A stretch of DNA of 16,123 nucleotides from Caedimonas varicaedens. GTDB taxonomy: Bacteria; Pseudomonadota; Alphaproteobacteria; Caedimonadales; Caedimonadaceae. The DNA lies in assembly GCA_001192655.1 (NCBI GenBank), contig BBVC01000065.1, forward strand, positions 1-16,123, read 5' to 3'. The notes beneath the pieces were generated by a model. It was given only the letters and a program-made list of their open reading frames with translations. It searched no databases and was not told the DNA's origin. A program made the translations under genes and the position numbers. Of this stretch, positions 8,250 through 15,437 are shown in pieces. Numbering within the stretch: the stretch's first letter is position 1; every line of letters starts with the position of its first letter.

Positions 8250-8281
8250 TAGTAGAGTCAATTGCATAGCCAGATTGAATT
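8250..8281. repeat. Right arm of the imperfect inverted repeat pair bracketing the APH gene
   Basis: The sequence is tagtagagtcaattgcatagccagattgaatt. See the left arm for the alignment. An inner atatactatat (8231-8241) matches 7128-7138. Outward similarity continues to about 8290. Confidence 0.93.
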
Positions 8282-8446
8282 ATATCTACGACGGTATCGT
8301 ATTTTGCGGTTGAAGTCGCAGGACTTTTTGAGAAAGCTAAATAAATTAAATTTATCTCAAAATTTCAGAGCAGCGAGAGAAGTCTTTACGTTCAGGAAAT
8401 TTATCTGGTATAACATTTTGTTTTTTAACAATATGAGGAAGATAAA

Positions 8447-9124
8447 ATGAAAAACTTGATGTATTTTTTTATAAGCTTAATTTATTTAACGGGTTTTAAC
8501 GATAGCTATGGTGGAAGGTATCAAAACTGGGTTAATGAAGAAGAAATGTCCCCTTATTATTCTGCCATTCAGCATATTCGCACTCAATTAGAACCTTGCA
8601 TTCAAAAACACAAAGATTCCATACTAAACGGATTTGAAGCATGGTCATCGCCTAACCCCTCTTACTGTCGTACGCCTCGCTATCTATTTTTAGAAACTGA
8701 CACTTATAGTAATAGTGAGCGAATTGGAACTTTATATACTCCGCTCGGAGAAGTTAAGCTTTTAGTTGCAAGAACGGTAGACTCACTCACAGCATGTTCC
8801 ACAGAGTTTCTGGATATCATGAAAGAGGATTGGACGCTCAAAGAAGTGACAGATATTGTAAAGGTTTATAACTTCAGTCATTTTAGGAAAGAAGGAGAAA
8901 AACTATATGGGCCTTACAAATTCAAAAGTGAACCTTGGGAAGGAGCAAGCATTCAAAACCATCTCTATCTCATACAACGCGTTAATGGGCACGTCTTCGT
9001 TCAAAATGATCAAATTGTTCCTGATAATATGGTTATTTATAAACAAGCTCTCTTTAGAAGTGAGCAGCGTGATAGAGATGAAAGAATTTTTTCCAGCTTA
9101 TCAGGGGGCAAAAATACATTCTAG
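8447..9124 (+). CDS. Hypothetical protein with an N-terminal signal-peptide-like or anchor segment. I recognise no domain.
   Basis: 225-aa ORF. A good RBS (gaggaag) lies 5 nt upstream of the ATG. The N-terminus is hydrophobic (MKNLMYFFISLIYLTGF) with no lipobox Cys. The rest is hydrophilic with several Cys. The codon content is AT-rich. Confidence 0.6.
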   Translation: MKNLMYFFISLIYLTGFNDSYGGRYQNWVNEEEMSPYYSAIQHIRTQLEPCIQKHKDSILNGFEAWSSPNPSYCRTPRYLFLETDTYSNSERIGTLYTPLGEVKLLVARTVDSLTACSTEFLDIMKEDWTLKEVTDIVKVYNFSHFRKEGEKLYGPYKFKSEPWEGASIQNHLYLIQRVNGHVFVQNDQIVPDNMVIYKQALFRSEQRDRDERIFSSLSGGKNTF

Positions 9125-9149
9125 TCCTTTGCTCTCAAGCTCATTATGT

Positions 9150-9176
9150 GATCCAGGTTTGTAGTAATCCTGGATC
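9150..9176 (+). terminator. Hairpin downstream of the orphan gene, a weak terminator candidate
   Basis: The arms gatccagg (9150-9157) and cctggatc (9169-9176) are separated by an 11-nt loop. The hairpin starts 26 nt after the TAG stop. No U-run follows, so function is uncertain. Confidence 0.25.
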
Positions 9177-9406
9177 TCTAAGAGCTTCCACGAATTTTTC
9201 TTGCTCAATAAATCAGGTAGTGAGGCGATCGATCAATTTTTTGACTAACTTTTAACTTTGAGAAAAATATTATAATATATATTATGGAAAATAATATGCT
9301 GATACAGAGACCAGTCCAGAACGACCAAACCAAGAGAATATTAAGTATTTATTAGTAATTTTAATCTATTTTTAGATACAAATAGCCTTTAAAAGATTGA
9401 AACCTC

Positions 9407-10228
9407 ATGAATCTTAAAGAAAAAATGAACTGGCTTGATGATTTTTTTGAAAGCAAAGCAGGTCATTGGATGATTGGAACGGTTGTCATCATCAATGCTC
9501 TGATCCTGGGCGCACAAACTTTCAAAAATATTCCCATAGAGATCGCCGAAAAATTGCATCATATCGATAAAGCGATTTTAGCTTTGTTCGTTATCGAATT
9601 GATAACCAAGATGTCTGTAGGCGGCGCTGCTTTTTTTAAACGAGGTTGGAACATTTTTGACTTTGTTATCATTGTCGGTTCTTTCTTCTATCATCACGAC
9701 TACTTACCTATTTTGCGTGCTTTTCGTGTGCTGCATTTAATGTCTTTTATGGATGCTTCTCCAAGGATGCTCCATATTATCTCAGGTTTGTGGAGAGCCA
9801 TGCCTGGAATTCTGAATGTTTTTTCTATCCTTATTCTGTTCTTTTATATTGCTTCAGTCATGGGCGTTTTTCTGTTTCGTGATGTTGGTGTTGCAGAATT
9901 CCAGCACATAGGAATTGCAATGAAGACAATGTTCCAGGTTCTTACAGGAGATGACTGGAGCAATATCATGAAAAATGTGGAAAAAATTAACCCCTATGCC
10001 TGGGCTTATTTTATCTCTTTTTATGTAATTCTCGTTTTCATCATTCTGAATTTATTTATCGGCGTCGTCGTTGGTGCTCTTCAAGCCGCAGAACAAGAAA
10101 TATTTGCAGATGACAAGGATGATGGAACCAAAGATTTAATCATTTCAATTAAAAAGAAACTTGAGCGGCTTGAAAAGAAGATCGACCTCCTTCCCCAACA
10201 AAAATCGGCTGATAAAAACAAAGTATAA
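9407..10228 (+). CDS. Single-domain six-TM voltage-gated cation channel (BacNav/NaChBac family) with a calcium-type selectivity filter
   Basis: 273 aa. S2 is IDKAILALFVIELITK. S3 is WNIFDFVIIV. S4 is LRAFRVLHLMS. The S4-S5 linker is SPRMLHIISGLWRAMPG. S5 is ILILFFYIASVMGVFLF. The P-loop is TMFQVLTGDDWSNIM. S6 is PYAWAYFISFYVILVFIILNLFIGVVVGAL. The C-terminal tail is coiled-coil-like (KKKLERLEKKIDLL). The start codon is uncertain; Met7 is an alternative. Confidence 0.9.
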   Translation: MNLKEKMNWLDDFFESKAGHWMIGTVVIINALILGAQTFKNIPIEIAEKLHHIDKAILALFVIELITKMSVGGAAFFKRGWNIFDFVIIVGSFFYHHDYLPILRAFRVLHLMSFMDASPRMLHIISGLWRAMPGILNVFSILILFFYIASVMGVFLFRDVGVAEFQHIGIAMKTMFQVLTGDDWSNIMKNVEKINPYAWAYFISFYVILVFIILNLFIGVVVGALQAAEQEIFADDKDDGTKDLIISIKKKLERLEKKIDLLPQQKSADKNKV

Positions 10229-10351
10229 AGAATCGATCTTTCTTTTGTTAATTTCTTACCCAAGAGACTTTTCTTATTGACTTTCTTTAATAATAGAAAT
10301 AAAAAATACTTTAATAAATTCAAGTTTTTATCAATTTTATAAAGTTTAAAC

Positions 10352-10891
10352 ATGAAGATCAATCAAGAAAAAACTCAAAAGGGTCTGGCGGAACGTTATT
10401 TGGCAGCGGTGATATTTTCCAGTCGATGGCTGCAGGCCCCTCTTTATTTGGGCTTGATTATCGCCCAGGCGATCTATGTTTACCTGTTTATTGTCGAGCT
10501 TGCTCATCTCATTACGGATATCCACCGTATCGGGGAAAACGAAATCATGTTGATTGTGTTAGGCTTGATTGACGTGGTGATGATCTCCAACCTTCTGATT
10601 ATGGTTATTATTGGTGGATATGAAACCTTCGTTTCTCGCCTTCGGATTGATCACCCCGATATTCCTGAATGGCTTTCCCATGTGAATGCAAATACCATGA
10701 AAATCAAACTTGCCTTGGCTTTGATTGGGATTTCTTCCATTCACCTTTTAAAAACGTTTATCAACATCGATCATCTTTCTGAAAACAATGTGAAATGGCA
10801 GGTCGTTATTCATGCTTTATTTTTACTGTCTGCTCTTGCCATGGCCTATACATCAAAAATTGCCCAAGCAGTGGCTTCAGAAGAAGCCTAA
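10352..10891 (+). CDS. yqhA: UPF0114 / YqhA family inner-membrane protein
   Basis: 179 aa. It matches E. coli YqhA blocks as I recall them: SSRWLQAPLYLGL, GGYETFVSRL, ISSIHLLKTF, WQVVIHALFLLSALAMAY. Confidence 0.88.
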   Translation: MKINQEKTQKGLAERYLAAVIFSSRWLQAPLYLGLIIAQAIYVYLFIVELAHLITDIHRIGENEIMLIVLGLIDVVMISNLLIMVIIGGYETFVSRLRIDHPDIPEWLSHVNANTMKIKLALALIGISSIHLLKTFINIDHLSENNVKWQVVIHALFLLSALAMAYTSKIAQAVASEEA

Positions 10892-10940
10892 AAAAGACAG
10901 AACTGTTCAAAATAAAATAAACCAGGGTAAGAGAAACAAA

Positions 10941-11285
10941 ATGAAGATATCTTTCAGACATCAGGCGATTCAGAGAAAAAATAGTGATGTATGTGTGGTA
11001 ACAGAACACCCCATTGATGATGAAATCATCGACTTTGCCGTTGTTAAGGTCACGGGTCGATATCCGTATGCACGATATGCTACAAACAAAAAATGCAAGG
11101 AAATTGTTTATGTCCATGATGGAACTGGGAAAGTATCGGTAGATGGAAAAGAATATTCAATCAGTGCCGGCGATGTCGTACTGATTGACCCGGGCGAAAA
11201 ATTTTACTGGGAAGGAGAAAACTTAAATCTTTTTATCTCTTGTACACCTGCGTTTACAATAGAACAGCACCAAATTATTGATTAA
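10941..11285 (+). CDS. Small cupin-domain protein
   Basis: The tracked ORF begins at 10812 and overlaps yqhA by 80 nt. The internal ATG at 10941 follows gagaaacaaa and gives a 114-aa protein (MKISFRHQAIQ...). It has a cupin-like core (EIVYVHDGTGKVSVDGKEYSISAGDVVLIDPGEKFYWEG). Confidence 0.7.
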   Translation: MKISFRHQAIQRKNSDVCVVTEHPIDDEIIDFAVVKVTGRYPYARYATNKKCKEIVYVHDGTGKVSVDGKEYSISAGDVVLIDPGEKFYWEGENLNLFISCTPAFTIEQHQIID

Positions 11286-11317
11286 GTAGGAAAAATTTTA
11301 GAAGCTCATTTAAGATC

Positions 11318-12523
11318 ATGAAAAAAAACGTTGCTGCTAAGGGTATGGTTTTAGCCACCATCATTCTGATGGATATATTATCAGGTATGGAGTTCGATCT
11401 CTTTGTTCCGAGCTTTCCTGAGCTGCAAAGTTATTTTAGCCTGTCGCCCTTTTGGGTTGAAACCTTGTTGTCAGTCAATTTTGCAGGGTATTGTCTGAGT
11501 CTGTTCTTTGTTGGGGGGCTGGCTGATCACTATGGCCGTAAACCAATCATTCTGCTTGGCCTCATGACTTTTATCATTGGCAGTATCCTTTGTTTATGGG
11601 CATCATCTTATCAATTTCTGCTTGTTGGTCGCTTTCTACAAGGCGTAGGTATTGCAGCACCTGCGATCCTCAGCTTTCTTATTATCGCTGACGCCTATTC
11701 TCTTAAGAAGCAGCAGACCTTATTTGCCATACTGAATGGGTTATTGAACTTCTCTGCGGGTGCTGCTCCTGTCCTTGGGAGCTATATCACCCTCTATTTC
11801 CATTGGCAGGGTAATTTTATGGCACTTTTATTTTTAGGATTGACGGCATTCGTGATGTCCATTCTTTTTATTCCTGCTCACAAACTGCCGGAGCATAAGG
11901 CAACCCTCTCATTGAGTGGATATCTCCCTATCTTCCAATCAAAACCGTTGATGCTTTTGATCCTACATATTGTGTTCAATTTTGTGCCCTATTGGGTTTT
12001 TGTTGGGATGTCCCCTTTACTCTATATGGAAGATTTAGGGGTGAGCCTCGCACATTTTGGTTATTATCAGGGAGCGTTGGCCTTTGTATTTGCGTTCGGT
12101 AGCATATGCTTCGGCTTGATTGTCAGCAGATATGACCAGAAGAAAATGCTATATGTTTCAGCTCTAATCTTCATCATTGGTCTAATGAGTATGGTTTTGA
12201 TCACTCTCCTGGATACCCCAAATCCATTGTTTATTACGCTTGCTTTTCTTCTCTTTATTATAGGTCAGATTATCCCGAGTACGATACTGCATCCCCTTTG
12301 CCTGAACTTCATGCCACAAGCAAAAGGGCGAGTATCAGCAATTCTTCAAGGGGGGCGTCTTATCTTTGCAGCACTCAGTCTTCAGCTCGCTGGATATTTT
12401 TACCAGGGCTCCTTTCGAAATATCGGGATTATTATCGCTGTCTTCATTCTCTTTACGGTCATTACGCTATTTTTTGTCATCAAAAATCGTGAGCTTATGG
12501 CATTCTCTCAGAATAATAAATAA
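11318..12523 (+). CDS. MFS transporter, Bcr/CflA-like drug:H+ antiporter (12 TM)
   Basis: 401 aa and hydrophobic throughout. MFS motif A is GGLADHYGRKPIILLG between TM2 and TM3. The LVGRFLQGVGIAAP motif is in TM4/5. Confidence 0.9.
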   Translation: MKKNVAAKGMVLATIILMDILSGMEFDLFVPSFPELQSYFSLSPFWVETLLSVNFAGYCLSLFFVGGLADHYGRKPIILLGLMTFIIGSILCLWASSYQFLLVGRFLQGVGIAAPAILSFLIIADAYSLKKQQTLFAILNGLLNFSAGAAPVLGSYITLYFHWQGNFMALLFLGLTAFVMSILFIPAHKLPEHKATLSLSGYLPIFQSKPLMLLILHIVFNFVPYWVFVGMSPLLYMEDLGVSLAHFGYYQGALAFVFAFGSICFGLIVSRYDQKKMLYVSALIFIIGLMSMVLITLLDTPNPLFITLAFLLFIIGQIIPSTILHPLCLNFMPQAKGRVSAILQGGRLIFAALSLQLAGYFYQGSFRNIGIIIAVFILFTVITLFFVIKNRELMAFSQNNK

Positions 12524-12560
12524 TTTGTTAGAAAGCTTAACTGAGGAGCGTTATAGCGTT

Positions 12561-13889
12561 TTATCCAGCACTTACAAAGGTAAAGTTATCAACCAGCATC
12601 CCTGGTGCTTTCAATGTCCCTAAATCTCTTTGAACGTAAGTCCCTATTTCAGGAAGGGTCTCTGCTTTATCTGTAAACCCAATCAAGCCTTGCCCCCAAA
12701 AATGATAGAGGGATTCATCAAAGCGCATATCCTTAACTGGCGCCACGATTTCACCATTTTCTATCCAAAAGCAACCAAAGCGTGTCATTCCGGTAATACG
12801 TCCCTGCTGTATGTCACTCCAATTGAGGTAATGCAAATGAGAAACATAAAGCCCCGTCCCCAATTCTTTCATAATATTTTCAGATGAAAGTGTTCCAGAC
12901 AAAATTTCGGGGGCGCGGAGAGCTTCACTGCTATTTGCAAAATTTGAAGCGAGGCTGTATTCCTTTGCAGAGCGAGAAGAACATAAAAGATTTTTATAGT
13001 CTCCTTGCTCAATGAGAGGAAATAATTCAGAAGCGATCTCACCTATCTCATTAAAACGCGGTATTTCACCAGATGAAAAATTCTCTCGAAGAGAGAAAAA
13101 AGGAGAAAGTGTTTTCTCTCTATCCACAAGTTTTTTCAAGGCGCAATCGCCACGCTGATAAGCTTCACGACTCACGCCACGCCAAGAAAGGATCTGAAGC
13201 AATCCCGCAACAGCAGAAGGACTGAAATAAGTGCGATACTTTCCTTTCTCCAGAGTTTTAAGAGGATGATTCAAATAATCCAGTTGAAGAAGTTTTCTGG
13301 AGATCAGGTCATTATAATCTTGATCCTGCCATTGGCGCCCGCCATAAAGCCCTTTAACCGTTTGCTGGTTCTGTGTATAAAATGAGAAATCTACAGAGAA
13401 TGTGGATGTTTCAAACCACTGCTCAAGTCCCGATGAGTTCATGTTCGCTCGCACCATTTCTCCAGCGGCAAGCAATCCTGTGAAATCTTGACCTTTAACT
13501 TTGCTCAAACATTGCTCTGTCAAAGTATAACGAGATATTTTTTCTCCGGCGACTTGCTGAAAACGCCCGTCGTTAACAGGTAGCTGGATAAAAGGGTCTT
13601 CGGGAAAATGTTCTGCTTCTTCTCGACATCGATTCAGTGCATTCAAAGCAACTTTAAGGTCTTCGTCATGCTGGAAAGTGAACGGAAGAGTGAACTTTAC
13701 ATTTCGATTGTTTTTGAAAAAACTAATCTCGGCAAATCCTTGTTCAATTTCAGAACTTTGGCGTACTTTTGCTTGCGTCATCCGAACAAAAAGCGAATCC
13801 TCAGCCGCTAGTGAAACGGCAAGAGACTCCCCTTCCCTTAGTTCATTCAGGAGCTTTGTGATAACAGCGTGCCAATTTTTCTGATTCAT
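12561..13889 (-). CDS. TldD/PmbA-family protein, non-catalytic TldE(PmbA)-like partner
   Basis: 442 aa. The C-terminal blocks are typical of the family (GTGLYVSHLHYLNWSD..GRITGMTRFG.FWIENGEI). There is no HExxxH motif. The start overlaps the upstream tldD-like stop by 4 nt (ATGA at 13886-13889). Confidence 0.8.
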   Translation of the reverse strand: MNQKNWHAVITKLLNELREGESLAVSLAAEDSLFVRMTQAKVRQSSEIEQGFAEISFFKNNRNVKFTLPFTFQHDEDLKVALNALNRCREEAEHFPEDPFIQLPVNDGRFQQVAGEKISRYTLTEQCLSKVKGQDFTGLLAAGEMVRANMNSSGLEQWFETSTFSVDFSFYTQNQQTVKGLYGGRQWQDQDYNDLISRKLLQLDYLNHPLKTLEKGKYRTYFSPSAVAGLLQILSWRGVSREAYQRGDCALKKLVDREKTLSPFFSLRENFSSGEIPRFNEIGEIASELFPLIEQGDYKNLLCSSRSAKEYSLASNFANSSEALRAPEILSGTLSSENIMKELGTGLYVSHLHYLNWSDIQQGRITGMTRFGCFWIENGEIVAPVKDMRFDESLYHFWGQGLIGFTDKAETLPEIGTYVQRDLGTLKAPGMLVDNFTFVSAG

Positions 13890-15313
13890 TGTGCGCCTCC
13901 CCCAAAAACTTCAACCCCTGTAAACAGGCACACAGGTGTTGCATGTCCCACACGGATGATCTGATTAGGTTCTCCCTTGCCGCAATAAAGATTTCCGTGA
14001 ATTTCAAAAGTTGACGCGTCTCCCACCATTTTTAATCCATGCCAAAATGGTGTTGTGACCCCTCGATAATTGGGATTTTTCAAAGTCTTTGTAATTTTTC
14101 CATTTTCAATAAGTTGACCATATTCGCAACCAAACTGAAATTTATTGCGATAATCGTCAATAGACCATGACTTATTAGTTTTCATCAGAATTCCACTTTC
14201 GGTAGAAGAGATCATCTCTGCAAGCGTTGAAGAGCCGTGCTCAATATTGATATTCGCCATACGATCAATGGGAGGGCGATTCCAGGAACTTGCCCGCGAT
14301 GAGGAAACTCCTGGGATACCCGATCGTTTTTGACTTTCAAGACTTCCCAGCCCCCGTTGCAAAACACCTTCTTTAATCAGATAATGTTGCTCTGCTGTAG
14401 CACCTGTATCATCATACTGATAACTTGCAAATTCACCCTGGACAAAAGGATCAAAAGTTACATTAAGCAACGGTGAACCATATTGAAGGTGGCCGAAATC
14501 CTCTGGTTTGATAAAGCTCCACCCGGCATAATTACGTTCATCGCCCAGGATGCGATCCAGTTCAAGAGGATGACCGATAGATTCATGGATTTGGAGATAA
14601 AGCTGATCAGGCATCAAAACAAGGTCATACAATCCTGCAGGACATTCTTCTGCTTGGGTCAACTCAATTGCTTCCCGGGCAATTCGAAAAGCTTCCCGGG
14701 ATAGGTGGTCAGCATCAAAAAATTCATCTCCCCCCTGCCCTAGTGAAAATCCATTGGTTCTGGTCTGGATATTTGAACCTTCTCTGGCTGTTGCCGAGCA
14801 ATGAAAGGCACGCTGATGAAAGTGTTGTGTAAAATCGCTGCCATTAGAGCTGATAAAAGATATTTCCTGCTCAATAGAAATCATCGCAGCGCTTGTATTA
14901 ATAATTTTATCGTCGACTCTTAAACTTTTGGAAATATGAAGCGCAAGTTCATTGAGGGAATGAGCTTTTGAAGATTCAAGTATATATTTTATCGGCGTTT
15001 TATAGGTACCTGTTGAACAAGGCCTGACAGCACTTTCAAAAGAAAACAAGCGATAATCCCGCAGACGTTTTGACTGAGAAAGTGCACGCTCAGCAGCTTT
15101 TTGAACACCTTCAGCAGAGAGATCGTTGGTTCCAGAGTACGAAAATTGCCCATCCATCAGAATTTCAACCATAATTCCTTTATCATAAGAAATTGCTAAG
15201 GGGTCGAGATTTCCGTTGCGTGCGCGTCTGACTGTGGTTTTTTCTTCAACTTTCCTCAAGCCAATCCAGTCTACTTTTATGTCCACAGAAGAAAGAAGTG
15301 TCTTTAAATTCAT
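13886..15313 (-). CDS. tldD: TldD-like zinc metalloprotease subunit
   Basis: 475 aa. The metal-binding motif is IHESIGHPLELDRILGDE (HExxxH...E). The C-terminal block is GILMKTNKSWSIDDYRNKFQFGCEYGQLIENGK. It is translationally coupled to the downstream TldE-like gene. It is divergent from E. coli TldD. Confidence 0.82.
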   Translation of the reverse strand: MNLKTLLSSVDIKVDWIGLRKVEEKTTVRRARNGNLDPLAISYDKGIMVEILMDGQFSYSGTNDLSAEGVQKAAERALSQSKRLRDYRLFSFESAVRPCSTGTYKTPIKYILESSKAHSLNELALHISKSLRVDDKIINTSAAMISIEQEISFISSNGSDFTQHFHQRAFHCSATAREGSNIQTRTNGFSLGQGGDEFFDADHLSREAFRIAREAIELTQAEECPAGLYDLVLMPDQLYLQIHESIGHPLELDRILGDERNYAGWSFIKPEDFGHLQYGSPLLNVTFDPFVQGEFASYQYDDTGATAEQHYLIKEGVLQRGLGSLESQKRSGIPGVSSSRASSWNRPPIDRMANINIEHGSSTLAEMISSTESGILMKTNKSWSIDDYRNKFQFGCEYGQLIENGKITKTLKNPNYRGVTTPFWHGLKMVGDASTFEIHGNLYCGKGEPNQIIRVGHATPVCLFTGVEVFGGGAQ

Positions 15314-15437
15314 AATGATTATTCAACTTTATTAAACCTCACTGACTTGATTTTTATATTGTTGCGTCTCAAAGCGCAAGAGAATATGCTTCTCGCCTTT
15401 CGAAATCTAGGGTCGTGGGGTATAGAAAAAATCATTT

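Noticed and set aside
8262-8450. 62-aa ORF in the spacer upstream of the orphan gene, and the 85-aa ORF at 8907-9164
   Set aside because: The first is an AT-rich, Lys/Arg/Phe-biased translation without an RBS. The second is out of frame inside the better-supported 8447-9124 ORF.
9272-9285. Perfect 14-bp palindrome ataatatatattat, with TTGACT (9241-9246) and TATAAT (9271-9276) promoter-like hexamers
   Set aside because: The palindrome is pure AT low complexity. The two hexamers are 24 nt apart, too far for a canonical sigma-70 promoter, so I do not call a promoter.
9284-9355. 23-codon ORF (MENNMLIQRPVQNDQTKRILSIY) starting 7 nt after the TATAAT, which could be a leaderless upstream peptide of the channel gene
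   Set aside because: It is too short, has no RBS and no conservation evidence, and is easily produced by chance in AT-rich DNA. It would need ribosome profiling or comparative support.
10081-10362. 93-aa minus-strand ORF across the channel 3' end and spacer
   Set aside because: It is antisense to the channel gene and gives a low-complexity Lys/Leu/Phe-rich translation of AT-rich DNA.
10812-10940. 43-codon N-terminal extension of the cupin ORF overlapping yqhA by 80 nt; also ORFs 10559-10744 and 10806-11117
   Set aside because: The extension is basic low-complexity sequence read through the yqhA 3' end, and the internal ATG at 10941 has a purine-rich RBS. The other two ORFs are antisense to yqhA and the cupin gene.
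12298-12887. ORFs 12298-12492, 12366-12623 and 12630-12887
   Set aside because: They are alternative-frame or antisense ORFs inside the MFS and TldE-like genes.
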